A DNA stretch of 32,000 bases, taken from positions 42,686 to 74,685 of the forward strand of contig JAKFEW010000135.1 in NCBI GenBank assembly GCA_036675505.1, read 5' to 3'. Below, piece after piece: positions 16,487 to 25,302 of this stretch. This DNA comes from Candidatus Sericytochromatia bacterium. Lineage in GTDB: Bacteria; Cyanobacteriota; Sericytochromatia; S15B-MN24; JAQBPE01. Made by a program: the position numbers and the translations under genes. The notes beneath the pieces are model-generated. The model saw only the letters and a list, made by a program, of their open reading frames with translations. It was not told where the DNA came from and made no database searches. The stretch's first letter is position 1. Every line of letters starts with the position of its first letter.

Positions 16487-17713
16487 ATGGGAGCTGGAAT
16501 GACCTACGGGGCGGACAACCTCGCCTATTCGCGTCGCACGCCGATCTGGTCGGCCGTGGACCGCTATGTGCCTGCGGCGCCCGCGACGATCGCGCCCGCA
16601 GCCGGGCCGGGCGAGCCCGCCAGCGCGAAGACGGTCGAAGAGGATACCCAGCAAGCCATCGACGCGAAGGCCAGCCTGGGCTCGCAGAAGGCGCCGGCGA
16701 TGGGCCTCGCGGCCAGCGCCGTGAAGTCGGCCAAGGATGCAGATGCCGTCAGCCTTACGGCCGACGCGCTCAAGCTCACCTCCGAGACCATCGCCAAGGC
16801 CACCCCGGCCGCCAACTCCCTGAACGCCGGCGGCAACATCATCGACGGGCTGAACAAGGCCGCCCAGGGCGACGCCTTCGGCGCCGCCTCCGCCGCTTCG
16901 GCTGCGGCCGAGAAGATCGCGCCGGCGCTCGCGAAGTCTGGCGTGGGGGCGATCGCGAGCGCCGTCATCCTAGGCACGGGCGACAACAAGCTCGGCGAGC
17001 AGGCCAAGGCGCTCGGCAACAGCGCCTTGAAGGTCATCGCGCCGTCCTCCACCAAAACCCAGCGGGCCAAGGCGGCCTTCGACTTCACGATCAACCTCCA
17101 GAACCTGGCGGGCCTCGCCCGGACGCTCACCAACGCGGCAATCAACGTCGGGCGCTACGGCGTCAACCTGGCCGCCAGGGCAGCCTCGCTCGCCCCGGCC
17201 GCGAAAGGCGTGAAGAGCGCGGCAGGCGTCTTCGCCGCGACCACGCTCGGCCGCACGCTCGGCTTCCTCAACAAGTGGATCCCGCTCCTCAACGTCGCCG
17301 GCGTCGCGATCTCCGCCAAGACGGCCGTTGACGTCTTCCGCGCCGAGAAGTCCTCCGCCACCTCCAAGGTCCTCTCGATCGCCAGCCTCGGCACCGCGGG
17401 CCTCGCGCTCTGGGCCGGCTTCGCGTTGCCGGGCGTGGCGTTCCTGGGCATCGTCGCAGGCTCGATCGGGCTCGACCTGGTGCTCGCGGGCGCCCGCAAG
17501 CGCGACGCGGCGGAAGGTGACATGGATGCGAAGTCGGCCCACTGGGCGACGCACCCGCACAAGGCGGCGGCTGATCTGGCAGGCTGGATCGGCCAGACCG
17601 TGCCGATGATTGCCAGCAAGGCCCGTGAGCTCGTCTCCAAGGCCCGCGAACGGCTGTTTGGTGGCGCCCCGCGTCCCGCGCCCGATCCGCGCCGCAGCCT
17701 CGCAAGGGCGTAG
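16487..17713 (+). CDS. Hypothetical Ala-rich helical protein with a C-terminal bilobed hydrophobic hairpin
   Basis: High GC3. About 230 aa of Ala/Ser/Lys/Gly-rich sequence without a signal peptide, then VLSIASLGTAGLALWAGFALPGVAFLGIVAGSIGLDLVLAGA (two hydrophobic lobes around a Pro-Gly), then a basic amphipathic tail. The start is ambiguous: a tandem 12-mer GGAGTTGGAATG / GGAGCTGGAATG offers ATG 16487 or ATG 16499. Confidence 0.7.
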   Translation: MGAGMTYGADNLAYSRRTPIWSAVDRYVPAAPATIAPAAGPGEPASAKTVEEDTQQAIDAKASLGSQKAPAMGLAASAVKSAKDADAVSLTADALKLTSETIAKATPAANSLNAGGNIIDGLNKAAQGDAFGAASAASAAAEKIAPALAKSGVGAIASAVILGTGDNKLGEQAKALGNSALKVIAPSSTKTQRAKAAFDFTINLQNLAGLARTLTNAAINVGRYGVNLAARAASLAPAAKGVKSAAGVFAATTLGRTLGFLNKWIPLLNVAGVAISAKTAVDVFRAEKSSATSKVLSIASLGTAGLALWAGFALPGVAFLGIVAGSIGLDLVLAGARKRDAAEGDMDAKSAHWATHPHKAAADLAGWIGQTVPMIASKARELVSKARERLFGGAPRPAPDPRRSLARA

Positions 17714-17961
17714 CGAAACGTAGGCGGTTCGTACATTTCGCACACATTAATTTTGGCCAGTGCGTGCGCTAGGCCGGTTTAGATTCTGCTATCGTGGTAC
17801 ATGGATGGTAGAGAGCAAGGCTATGACTTGTTTTCGCCCTCTCCCCCCCACCCCAGACGATCGAGATTGTGTCGTCGATCACAGAGTGGCCTCGGAGTCG
17901 GTCCTACACTGGATCGTAATTGTCCATTTACAGGTCTTTCTTCTGATGGAGGTTCGGCACG

Positions 17962-19242
17962 GTGGAGAGGCTCATCATCGAGGGTGGCCAGACGCTCAAG
18001 GGTAGCGTCCGGATCAGCGGCGCCAAAAACTCGGCCCTCGCCCTCATCGCTGGCACCTTGCTCGGCGAAGGCATCACCACGCTGACCAACGTCCCGAATT
18101 TGCTGGACGTCCGTGTCATCGCCGAGGTGCTCGGCCATCTGGGCGCGAACGCCAAGCTGTCGGAAGACGGCACGCTGGTGGTCGACGCGACGAACGTCCA
18201 CAACCACGTCGCTCCCTACGACCTCGTCACGAAGATGCGCGCATCGTTCTTCGTGCTCGGCCCGATCCTCGCCCGCCTCGGCAAGGCCAAGATCCCGCTG
18301 CCCGGCGGCTGCGCCATCGGCTCGCGCCCCGTCGACCTGCACCTCAAGGGCCTGCGCGCCCTGGGCGCCACGGTCCAGATCGAGCACGGCTTCGTCGAAG
18401 CGACCGCCGAGAAGCTTTACGGCGCCAACATCTACCTCGACTATCCGAGCGTCGGCGCCACCGAGAACATTATGATGGCCGCGACCCTCGCGGACGGCAT
18501 CACCGTGATCGAGAACTGCGCCCAGGAGCCCGAGATCCTCGATCTCGCGGAGATGCTCAACGCGATGGGCGCGGACGTCCGCGGCGCGGGCACCGAGACC
18601 ATCACCATCCACGGCGTCGAGAACCTCGGCGGCTGCGACCACCGCGTCATCCCGGACCGCATCGAGGCCGGCACTTTCATGATGGCCGCCGCCATCACCC
18701 GCGGCGAGCTCCGCCTCGAGGGCGTGCGCCTCGACCACATGCAGGCGATCGTGAGCAAACTCACCGAGGCCGGCGTGCTGATCCAGCCGGACGGCCCCGA
18801 CAGCGTTATCGTGAAGGGTCACGAAGACCTGCGCCCGGTCGACGTTCGCACGATGCCTTACCCGGGCTTCCCCACCGACCTCCAGGCCCCGATGATGGCG
18901 CTGCTCGCCACCATCCCCGGCACCAGCATGATCACCGAGACGGTCTTCGAGAACCGCTTCCTCCACGTCGACGAGCTGCTCCGGATGGGCGCGAACATCA
19001 AGACCGAAGGCAACGCCGCGGTCATTCTCGGCAACCGCCGCCTGTCCGGCGCCCCCGTGCGGGCGACCGACCTGCGCGCCGGCGCTGCGCTCATCATCGC
19101 GGCGCTCACCAGCGAAGGCGAGAGCCAGATCTCCGGCCTGCACCACATCGACCGCGGCTACGAAGACATCGTCGCCAAGTTCCGGGGCGGTGGGGCGAAG
19201 GTGACCCGCGTTCAGGTGGCCGACCCTTTGACCGTCGCCTAG
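17962..19242 (+). CDS. murA: UDP-N-acetylglucosamine 1-carboxyvinyltransferase
   Basis: GTG start with GGAGG 9 nt upstream. ISGAKNSALALIA, catalytic Cys in PLPGGCAIGSRPVDLHLKGL, PYPGFPTDLQAPMM, HIDRGYE. Confidence 0.93.
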   Translation: MERLIIEGGQTLKGSVRISGAKNSALALIAGTLLGEGITTLTNVPNLLDVRVIAEVLGHLGANAKLSEDGTLVVDATNVHNHVAPYDLVTKMRASFFVLGPILARLGKAKIPLPGGCAIGSRPVDLHLKGLRALGATVQIEHGFVEATAEKLYGANIYLDYPSVGATENIMMAATLADGITVIENCAQEPEILDLAEMLNAMGADVRGAGTETITIHGVENLGGCDHRVIPDRIEAGTFMMAAAITRGELRLEGVRLDHMQAIVSKLTEAGVLIQPDGPDSVIVKGHEDLRPVDVRTMPYPGFPTDLQAPMMALLATIPGTSMITETVFENRFLHVDELLRMGANIKTEGNAAVILGNRRLSGAPVRATDLRAGAALIIAALTSEGESQISGLHHIDRGYEDIVAKFRGGGAKVTRVQVADPLTVA

Positions 19243-19312
19243 ACTCCCCGGGGGAAGTCTAGCTGTTCTCCGAACGCCGCGGTAGCGGGCCCCACGTGGT
19301 ACGATCCCGCTG

Positions 19313-20782
19313 ATGACCGTGACATCTGCTTTTCTGCTGCTCGCCGCGCTCCAGGCCAACGCTTCCGCCGCGCCGCCACCGGTCATGAACCCGGCGCCGG
19401 CCGCGATCATGGCGCCGGCCGTGCCCCTGCTACCGCCGCTCGCCACCCTCACCTTCGCGGCGGGCGTCGACGAGGCGCGCCTGGAGCTGCCGATCCCGGT
19501 GGGCACACCGATCGAAGAGCGCGCGACGGCGGCCGAGTGGCGCTTCTACTTGCCGGGCTGGAGCCCGCCGCCCGACTTCGTGGGCTTCAACGACCCGGTC
19601 CTCGGCGCGCTGACGCTCAAGGCCGACGAGCGGGGCACGACGTTCGTGCTGCCCTGGAAGCACTGGTGCCCGACCGCGCTCCAGTGGATCGACGGCGACC
19701 GGCTGTCCATCACGATCCGCAAGGTCTTCAAGGTGGCGGTCACCGAAGACCTCGCGCCGGGCATCCGCCATGTGCACGTGCGCAGCGCCGACCCGGCCGG
19801 ACCGCTCGACGTGCATGTGCTGCGGGTCGACCCGAAGACACGCGGCGTGCGCGTCGCACCGGCGCTCGCCCGGAACACGTTCTTCGGCCGTGAGCCGGTG
19901 AGCGCGATCGCCCGCCGCGCGGGCGGCCTGGCCGCGATCAATGGCAGCTACTTCTCGCCACGCACCGGCGAGCCGCTCGGCCTGCTCATGATCGACGGCG
20001 AATTGGTGGCCGGGCCGCTCTACAACCGGACGGCGCTCGCGCTCGGCGGGCCGGAGGCCGAGATCGGTCGCACCCAGCTCGCCACGCGGCTCACCTTGCC
20101 GGCGGGCGAGAGTTACGACTTCGACGGCGTGAACCAGCCGCGCGGCCTCAACCGCATGGTCCTCTACACGGCCCGCTTCGGCCCGTCCACCTTCACGGCC
20201 GCGGACGCCAAGGGTGCGACCGAATACACCCTGCTGCCGGACGGCACCGTGCTCGGCACGGCGACCGGCAACGCGCCGATCCCGCCTGGCGGGATGGTGG
20301 TCTCGGCCCACGGCCAGGCGGCAGACTGGCTCGCCAAGCGCGTCCACGTGGGCGACAGGCTCGCCGTGCGCTCTGCCCTCGCCGACCTGTGGCCGGGCGT
20401 GAAGCACATCCTCGGCGGGGGGCCCGCGCTGCTCGACGACGGCCAGGTGCGCGTCACGGCCGAGCAGGAGCAATTCCGGCCAGACGTCACGAACGGCCGG
20501 GCGCCCCGCACGGCGGTCGGCATCGACGCCGAGCAACGCCTGCTGCTCGTGACCGTCGACGGCCGCCAGCCGCGCCGCAGCGTGGGGCTCTCGCTCAACG
20601 GGCTCGCCGCGCTGATGCGCGAGCTCGGCGCGCGGGACGCGCTCAACCTCGACGGCGGCGGCTCGACGGCCATGGCCATCGGACCGGGCACCGTGAACAC
20701 CCCGTCGGACGGCTCCGAACGCGCGGTCAACAACGCCCTCGTGGTCTGGTCGACCGCCGACGTTACCACCACCACTCGCTGA
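19313..20782 (+). CDS. Secreted phosphodiester glycosidase family protein (DUF2233/NAGPA-like)
   Basis: Signal peptide MTVTSAFLLLAALQANASA. AINGSYFSP, PRTAVGID...LLLVTVDGRQ and LNLDGGGSTAM are characteristic of the family. Confidence 0.8.
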   Translation: MTVTSAFLLLAALQANASAAPPPVMNPAPAAIMAPAVPLLPPLATLTFAAGVDEARLELPIPVGTPIEERATAAEWRFYLPGWSPPPDFVGFNDPVLGALTLKADERGTTFVLPWKHWCPTALQWIDGDRLSITIRKVFKVAVTEDLAPGIRHVHVRSADPAGPLDVHVLRVDPKTRGVRVAPALARNTFFGREPVSAIARRAGGLAAINGSYFSPRTGEPLGLLMIDGELVAGPLYNRTALALGGPEAEIGRTQLATRLTLPAGESYDFDGVNQPRGLNRMVLYTARFGPSTFTAADAKGATEYTLLPDGTVLGTATGNAPIPPGGMVVSAHGQAADWLAKRVHVGDRLAVRSALADLWPGVKHILGGGPALLDDGQVRVTAEQEQFRPDVTNGRAPRTAVGIDAEQRLLLVTVDGRQPRRSVGLSLNGLAALMRELGARDALNLDGGGSTAMAIGPGTVNTPSDGSERAVNNALVVWSTADVTTTTR

Positions 20783-20783
20783 A

Positions 20784-21278
20784 ATGCCCTACACCCCGAT
20801 CCTCGGCACGCTGGGCTACGTGCTCTCGCCCGACCGCCGCGAGGTGCTGCTGATCCACCGCAACGCGCGGCCCGGCGACCAGCACCTCGGCAAATGGAAC
20901 GGCCTGGGCGGCAAGCTCGACCGCGGCGAGGGCGCGACCGAGTGCATGGTCCGGGAGATCCGCGAGGAGGCGGGCATCGAGGTGACCTCGATGCGCCTGC
21001 GCGGCACCGTCAGCTGGCCAGGCTTCGGCAAGGCGGGGGAAGATTGGTTTGGCTTCATCTTCCTGATCGAGGCGTTCACAGGCGAGTCCTACGATGCGAA
21101 CCCGGAAGGCGACCTGCATTGGCAACCCATCGAGCGCCTGCTGGCCGGCGACCTCCCGGTCTGGGAGGGCGATCGCCACTTCCTGCCGCTGGTCTTCGAC
21201 GAAGACCCACGCGCGTTCCACGGCGTGATGCCATACGTGGACGGCCGGCCTGCCGGCTGGCGCTACGACCGCATCTGA
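20784..21278 (+). CDS. NUDIX hydrolase (MutT-like)
   Basis: Nudix box GGKLDRGEGATECMVREIREEAGI fits GX5EX7REUXEEXGU. Its start lies 1 nt after the upstream stop. Confidence 0.85.
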   Translation: MPYTPILGTLGYVLSPDRREVLLIHRNARPGDQHLGKWNGLGGKLDRGEGATECMVREIREEAGIEVTSMRLRGTVSWPGFGKAGEDWFGFIFLIEAFTGESYDANPEGDLHWQPIERLLAGDLPVWEGDRHFLPLVFDEDPRAFHGVMPYVDGRPAGWRYDRI

Positions 21279-21288
21279 TCGAAGAAAA

Positions 21289-21313
21289 GGGCCGGGTGCT
21301 ATGCACCCGGCCC
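21289..21313 (-). terminator. Hairpin terminator, mainly for the minus-strand RyR/AbrB-like gene
   Basis: An 11-bp stem GGGCCGGGTGC / GCACCCGGCCC with loop TAT. On the minus strand it is followed by TTTTCTT. On the plus strand it is preceded by AAAA but has no T-run after it. Confidence 0.6.
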
Positions 21314-21326
21314 CCTCCATTCCAAG

Positions 21327-22007
21327 TTATTTCGGCTTGACGACCAGCCGACCGGGCGTGATCGTGAGCATGAAGTCGACGGCGCCCATCCCCGAAAGCA
21401 TCGCCTTCGGCAGCATAAACCCGTCGGGGTTCACGGAGGCGAAGAACGCGTTGGGAAGGTTTGCGTCGTAGGGCAGCACCTCGATCGTGGTGCCGTGCTG
21501 CAAGATGGCGACCTGGGTGGAGCCGCCGGGCAGCAGATCGGCCTTCTTCACGAGGCCGGCGCCGATGCGCATGCGGCCGGACGCGTCGATCTTGCGCTCG
21601 AGCACCTGAGCCTCGACGTTGCTCGCGGCAGGTGCGGGCGCGGGCGCCGCGGCCTTCGCGGGTGCCTGGGCGGCCTGCTGGGGCGCGGCGGGCTCGGCTG
21701 TCAGACGCGCGGGCGGCTCGATCGCCGGCGCCGGGCGGGTGGGCGCTGGCGCGGTGGGAGCCGGGGCGGGCGCCATGCCGGCGAAGCCCTTGATGCTCGA
21801 CACGCCCTGCGCCTCGAGCGCCGCGAGCATGCCGCGCACCTGCGCGCGCACGATCTCCTTCGTGGCGTCGCTCAGGCCGAGGTACGGCTTCAGCCACGGA
21901 TGGGTCTTGAAGTCCGGGTTCAGGCGGGGTCCGAAGATCCAGCCCTGCTTGGCCATCGCCACGAACCAGGCCTGATGAGAGGCTTCCGCCAGCTTTTCGA
22001 AATCCAT
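21327..22007 (-). CDS. RyR-domain protein with a Pro/Ala-rich linker and a C-terminal tandem AbrB/MraZ-like (swapped-hairpin) region
   Basis: I prefer ATG 22007 (AAGGA 7 nt upstream) over 22085. The N-terminus FEKLAEASHQAWFVAMAKQGWIFGPRLNPDFKTHPWLKPYLGLSDATKE matches the RyR-domain pattern (LAE..H..W....GW.yG......KtHP.LvPY..L...eK). The C-terminus has two half-repeats, IDASGRMRIGAGLVKKADLLPGGSTQVAILQHGTTIEVLP and VNPDGFMLPKAMLSGMGAVDFMLTITPGRLVVKP. Confidence 0.75.
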   Translation of the reverse strand: MDFEKLAEASHQAWFVAMAKQGWIFGPRLNPDFKTHPWLKPYLGLSDATKEIVRAQVRGMLAALEAQGVSSIKGFAGMAPAPAPTAPAPTRPAPAIEPPARLTAEPAAPQQAAQAPAKAAAPAPAPAASNVEAQVLERKIDASGRMRIGAGLVKKADLLPGGSTQVAILQHGTTIEVLPYDANLPNAFFASVNPDGFMLPKAMLSGMGAVDFMLTITPGRLVVKPK

Positions 22008-22157
22008 GCGCGCGTCCTTTGCCGATGCACCGCAGCAGCTCTCGAGCTCTGCGGATGCGATCTCCGGGTATCGGGTGACGCCCATTCTACGGAAGGAAAG
22101 CCGCGCGTTCAGGGGTATCGATCACGCTTGGCGTAAAAAGTTACCCCTAAAAGCAGG

Positions 22158-23660
22158 TTATGCGAGGAGCCGGCGGACCTCGGCGAGCAGGGGCGCCGTC
22201 GAGACCGTGGCCGGACCGCCCGTCACGCGGGCGGCGAGCTGGTCGCCCGGCAGGCTCTGGCCCAGCGACCAGAGGCCGCGCATATACGCGCCAGCGGCGG
22301 GGTCGGTCCACCAGGCCTCGCCGAAGCGGGACCGCAAATCCACCTTGAGCTGGGCCTCGAGGCACCAGGCCCGGAAGTACTGGGCGGTGTAGAACCCGCC
22401 GTCGGTGGCGGCGAGGTAGTCCTCCGCGTGGTGCGCCACGCCGAGGTGGGTGGAGAGCAGATCGGCGTAGCGCGACGCCTTGGCGGGCATCGGCCCGTCC
22501 TCATGTAGCGCGAGCTCGAAGAGGTGCTTGGCGGCGAACCGGCGCAGGTCATAGAGATACAGCCGGCCCATCGCGCGGCGGAAGCTGCGCGCGGCCTCGG
22601 GCGTCATGCCGAGCGTTCCGGTCAGCCAGGCGTCCTCCAGCACGATGTGCTCGAGGATGAAGGCGAAGGTCTCGCACACGGAATTGTCGCCCATGTACCG
22701 GAACTCGAAGGGCAGGCCGGCGTCGGCGTGGCCGAAGTGCAAGGCATGGCCCATCTCGTGAAAGAGCGCGCGGTAGTCGTCGGGCCCACCGGTCGGCGTG
22801 ATGCAGAGGTGCACCTCGCCCGGGATGCGCACGCCCATGCAGAATGCGCGCGACGACTTGCCGGGCCGCGTATCGAGATCCATCGCCACGCCGGTCAGCG
22901 AGGCCGCCGGCAGGCCCATCCCGGTGAGCGTGGCGTGCAGCGCCGGCACCAGGCGATCCGCCGGGAAATCGGCCTCGAAGTCTGCGGCCCGGCGCAGCAT
23001 GAGCACGTCGTGCGTCTCGACCTCGCCGAGCCCGAGGCCCAGGCCTTCGGCGAGCCAGGTGCCCACCTCGGCCTCGTAGAGCGAGCGAGTCTCGGCCAGG
23101 AACCGCTCGGCTTCGGGCGCCAGGCCCGCGAAGTCGATGCCGCGCACCATCTCGTAAAACGCCCGGTAGCCGGCGAAGCCGAGCTCGCCCGCGATGCGTT
23201 CGCGCTCCGCCTCGAGCAGCGCCTCGCGGGCGCCGTTGAGGTCGGCCGTGACCGCACGGGTCGCCTCGGCGAGGCGGCGGCGGTGCGCCCGATCCGCCGT
23301 GCGGCCGACCGCGATGCTGGCCTGCGGATAGCTGAACTTTTCGCCGGCCACCTCGACAACCGCCCTCGACGAGGCCTGGGCCAGCTCGTCGCCCGGCGCC
23401 GCGAGGTCGCGACGCAGGACGTTGCGCAGGCAGTCGCCGTAGAGGTAGCCGAGCTGCTGGCGCGTGACCGGCGCCTCGGCCTCTTCCCAGGCCGACCGGA
23501 TGGTGGCCTGGACGTCGCCGGTGAGCAGGTCCTCGTACCGGCGGACGATCGCCGCCGTGCCGGGATCGGGCTCGTGGCCCACATGGTAGCGGAAATAGGC
23601 CCGCGAGAGGTCTTGCAGGCGCTCTTCGGCGCGGGTGCGGATGGCTTCGAGGCGGGGCAT
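22158..23660 (-). CDS. M3-like zinc metallopeptidase (oligoendopeptidase F-like), cytoplasmic
   Basis: HEXXH in ALFHEMGHALHF, with a downstream Glu in NSVCETFAFILE. RPGKSSRAFCMGV lies upstream, as in PepF-type enzymes. No signal peptide. Confidence 0.75.
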   Translation of the reverse strand: MPRLEAIRTRAEERLQDLSRAYFRYHVGHEPDPGTAAIVRRYEDLLTGDVQATIRSAWEEAEAPVTRQQLGYLYGDCLRNVLRRDLAAPGDELAQASSRAVVEVAGEKFSYPQASIAVGRTADRAHRRRLAEATRAVTADLNGAREALLEAERERIAGELGFAGYRAFYEMVRGIDFAGLAPEAERFLAETRSLYEAEVGTWLAEGLGLGLGEVETHDVLMLRRAADFEADFPADRLVPALHATLTGMGLPAASLTGVAMDLDTRPGKSSRAFCMGVRIPGEVHLCITPTGGPDDYRALFHEMGHALHFGHADAGLPFEFRYMGDNSVCETFAFILEHIVLEDAWLTGTLGMTPEAARSFRRAMGRLYLYDLRRFAAKHLFELALHEDGPMPAKASRYADLLSTHLGVAHHAEDYLAATDGGFYTAQYFRAWCLEAQLKVDLRSRFGEAWWTDPAAGAYMRGLWSLGQSLPGDQLAARVTGGPATVSTAPLLAEVRRLLA

Positions 23661-24130
23661 CAGCGGGGCTCCTGCGTGCGCTGGCCGTTGAGGCGCGCGA
23701 TCACCTGGGGGGCGGTGGCGGGGTGCCAGGCGCCGGTACCGTCTTGCACCGCGATGACGAGCTCGGTCTTCTTCATGTGGGCCGGCACGCCGTCGTTCGC
23801 GATCAGCGCGGCTTTGAACTTCCCGCGCGGGATCAGCCGCGTCGAGCCGACGCTGAGCGGTGGCGTGGTCAAAAAGCCGTCAACCGCGACGCGGCCGAAC
23901 TCGTCGACCTCGAGCTGCTTGCCGGTCTCGAGCCGCACGGACGGGAAATCGCCGGCGATGACGCGGGCCTCATGGGCCTTCACGGCCTCGGCCGAGTAGA
24001 CGAGCCACCAGCCGGTCGAGCCGAGCAGCACCAGGGCGCCGGCCACGATCCAGGCGCGGGCCCGCCGGCGACCGGCGGCGTCCGCCGGCGCGACGGCGGG
24101 AAGGGTGTCGGGGCGAAGCATCGTCGACAT
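23660..24130 (-). CDS. Hypothetical N-terminally membrane-anchored protein (156 aa)
   Basis: Basic stretch plus TM segment (RRRARAWIVAGALVLLGSTGWWLVY), and high GC3. Its stop overlaps the peptidase start by 1 nt at 23660. Confidence 0.6.
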   Translation of the reverse strand: MSTMLRPDTLPAVAPADAAGRRRARAWIVAGALVLLGSTGWWLVYSAEAVKAHEARVIAGDFPSVRLETGKQLEVDEFGRVAVDGFLTTPPLSVGSTRLIPRGKFKAALIANDGVPAHMKKTELVIAVQDGTGAWHPATAPQVIARLNGQRTQEPR

Positions 24131-24210
24131 GGCGGTAGGCTCGGTCGGTGGGCGGGATTCCGGGTACAGGCAACCGCTATTCTACCCGACAGCGCGGCTG
24201 GCCGCCACCG

Positions 24211-24219
24211 TGGTATATT
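24211..24219 (+). promoter_or_regulatory. Extended -10-like element TGGTATATT upstream of the E1 alpha gene
   Basis: The TGnTATATT pattern lies about 33 nt upstream of ATG 24252. No good -35 element. Confidence 0.3.
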
Positions 24220-24251
24220 GTGTGGCGCCACTAGATTGAGGTGTGTTCACG

Positions 24252-25298
24252 ATGACGACGCGTTCCGAGCCGACGAAGCAGTCGGCCCCCCACCAGGCTC
24301 CCACGCTCACGCCCGAGCTCAAGCAGCAGATCCACGCGCTGATGGTCACGAGCCGCGTGATCGACGAAGTCACGATCGGCATGAATCGGTCCGGCCAAGG
24401 CTTCTTCTGGATCGGTGGTCCCGGCGAGGAAGCCTTTGGCGTGAGCCTGGGCCTGCAGGTCAAGAAGGGCGAAGGCCCGAATTTCGATTACCTGCACCTC
24501 CACTACCGCTCGAATCCGATCCTGGTCGCCATGGGCGCGCAGCCGATCGACACGCTGCGCCAGATGCGCTCGACCCAGACGGATCCCTACTCGGGCGGCC
24601 GCAACTTCGTGAACCACTACGCGATCAAGGCCTGGAACGTCACGCCCGTCACGCCCACGATCGAGACGCAGTACGTGATGGCGCCCGGCACCGCCTGGGT
24701 CCAGAAGCGCCATGGCGGCGACGGCCTCACGATCGTCAACGGCGGCGACGCGGGCTCGGCCGAGGGCGACTTCACGTCCTGCCTGAACTGGTCGACCCGC
24801 CCCGGCTTCGAGCTGCCGCTCCTGATCATCCTCAACCACAACGGTTACGGCATCTCTACGCCGTCCGGCCAGGTGCAGAGCTCGCAGAACCTCGCCCAAC
24901 GTGCAGAGCCCTATGGCATCCGCACGCGCATCGTTGACGGCACCGACGTGCTCGCGAGCTGGGAGGCGATCGCCGAGGCGATGCACTACATCCGCACCGA
25001 GCGCCGGCCCTTTTTCATCCAGGCCAACGTGAGCCGCCTCCACGGCCACTCGTCGGCCTCCGGCGCCAACCGCGCGCCCGACGAACAGGACCCGATCGAA
25101 CGCTTCGAGGCGCACCTCATCGAGCAGGGCCTGATGACCCGCGCCGCGTGCGACGAGGTGTGGGAGCGCGCGCGCGCCAAAATGCGCGACGAGCTCAAGC
25201 AGGTGCTCACCGAGCCGCTCGCCGCCGACCGCGACCGCTTCATCTTCAAGACGGACGACGCCCCCGAGTTCGTCGCCCCCGATCAGCCCCGGAGGTAA
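24252..25298 (+). CDS. Thiamine-diphosphate-dependent 2-oxoacid dehydrogenase, E1 alpha subunit
   Basis: TPP motif region GGDAGSAEGDF...LPLLIILNHNGYGIST and YRSNP/HGHS features. I prefer ATG 24252 (GAGG upstream) over GTG 24243. Substrate (pyruvate, branched-chain or acetoin) cannot be determined. Confidence 0.88.
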   Translation: MTTRSEPTKQSAPHQAPTLTPELKQQIHALMVTSRVIDEVTIGMNRSGQGFFWIGGPGEEAFGVSLGLQVKKGEGPNFDYLHLHYRSNPILVAMGAQPIDTLRQMRSTQTDPYSGGRNFVNHYAIKAWNVTPVTPTIETQYVMAPGTAWVQKRHGGDGLTIVNGGDAGSAEGDFTSCLNWSTRPGFELPLLIILNHNGYGISTPSGQVQSSQNLAQRAEPYGIRTRIVDGTDVLASWEAIAEAMHYIRTERRPFFIQANVSRLHGHSSASGANRAPDEQDPIERFEAHLIEQGLMTRAACDEVWERARAKMRDELKQVLTEPLAADRDRFIFKTDDAPEFVAPDQPRR

Positions 25299-25302
25299 AA
25301 CC

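Noticed and set aside
19240-19261. An imperfect hairpin overlapping the murA stop codon as a terminator
   Set aside because: The stem is only 6+3 bp with a bulge and a 3-nt loop, and no U-tract follows. The downstream glycosidase and NUDIX genes are probably co-transcribed with murA.
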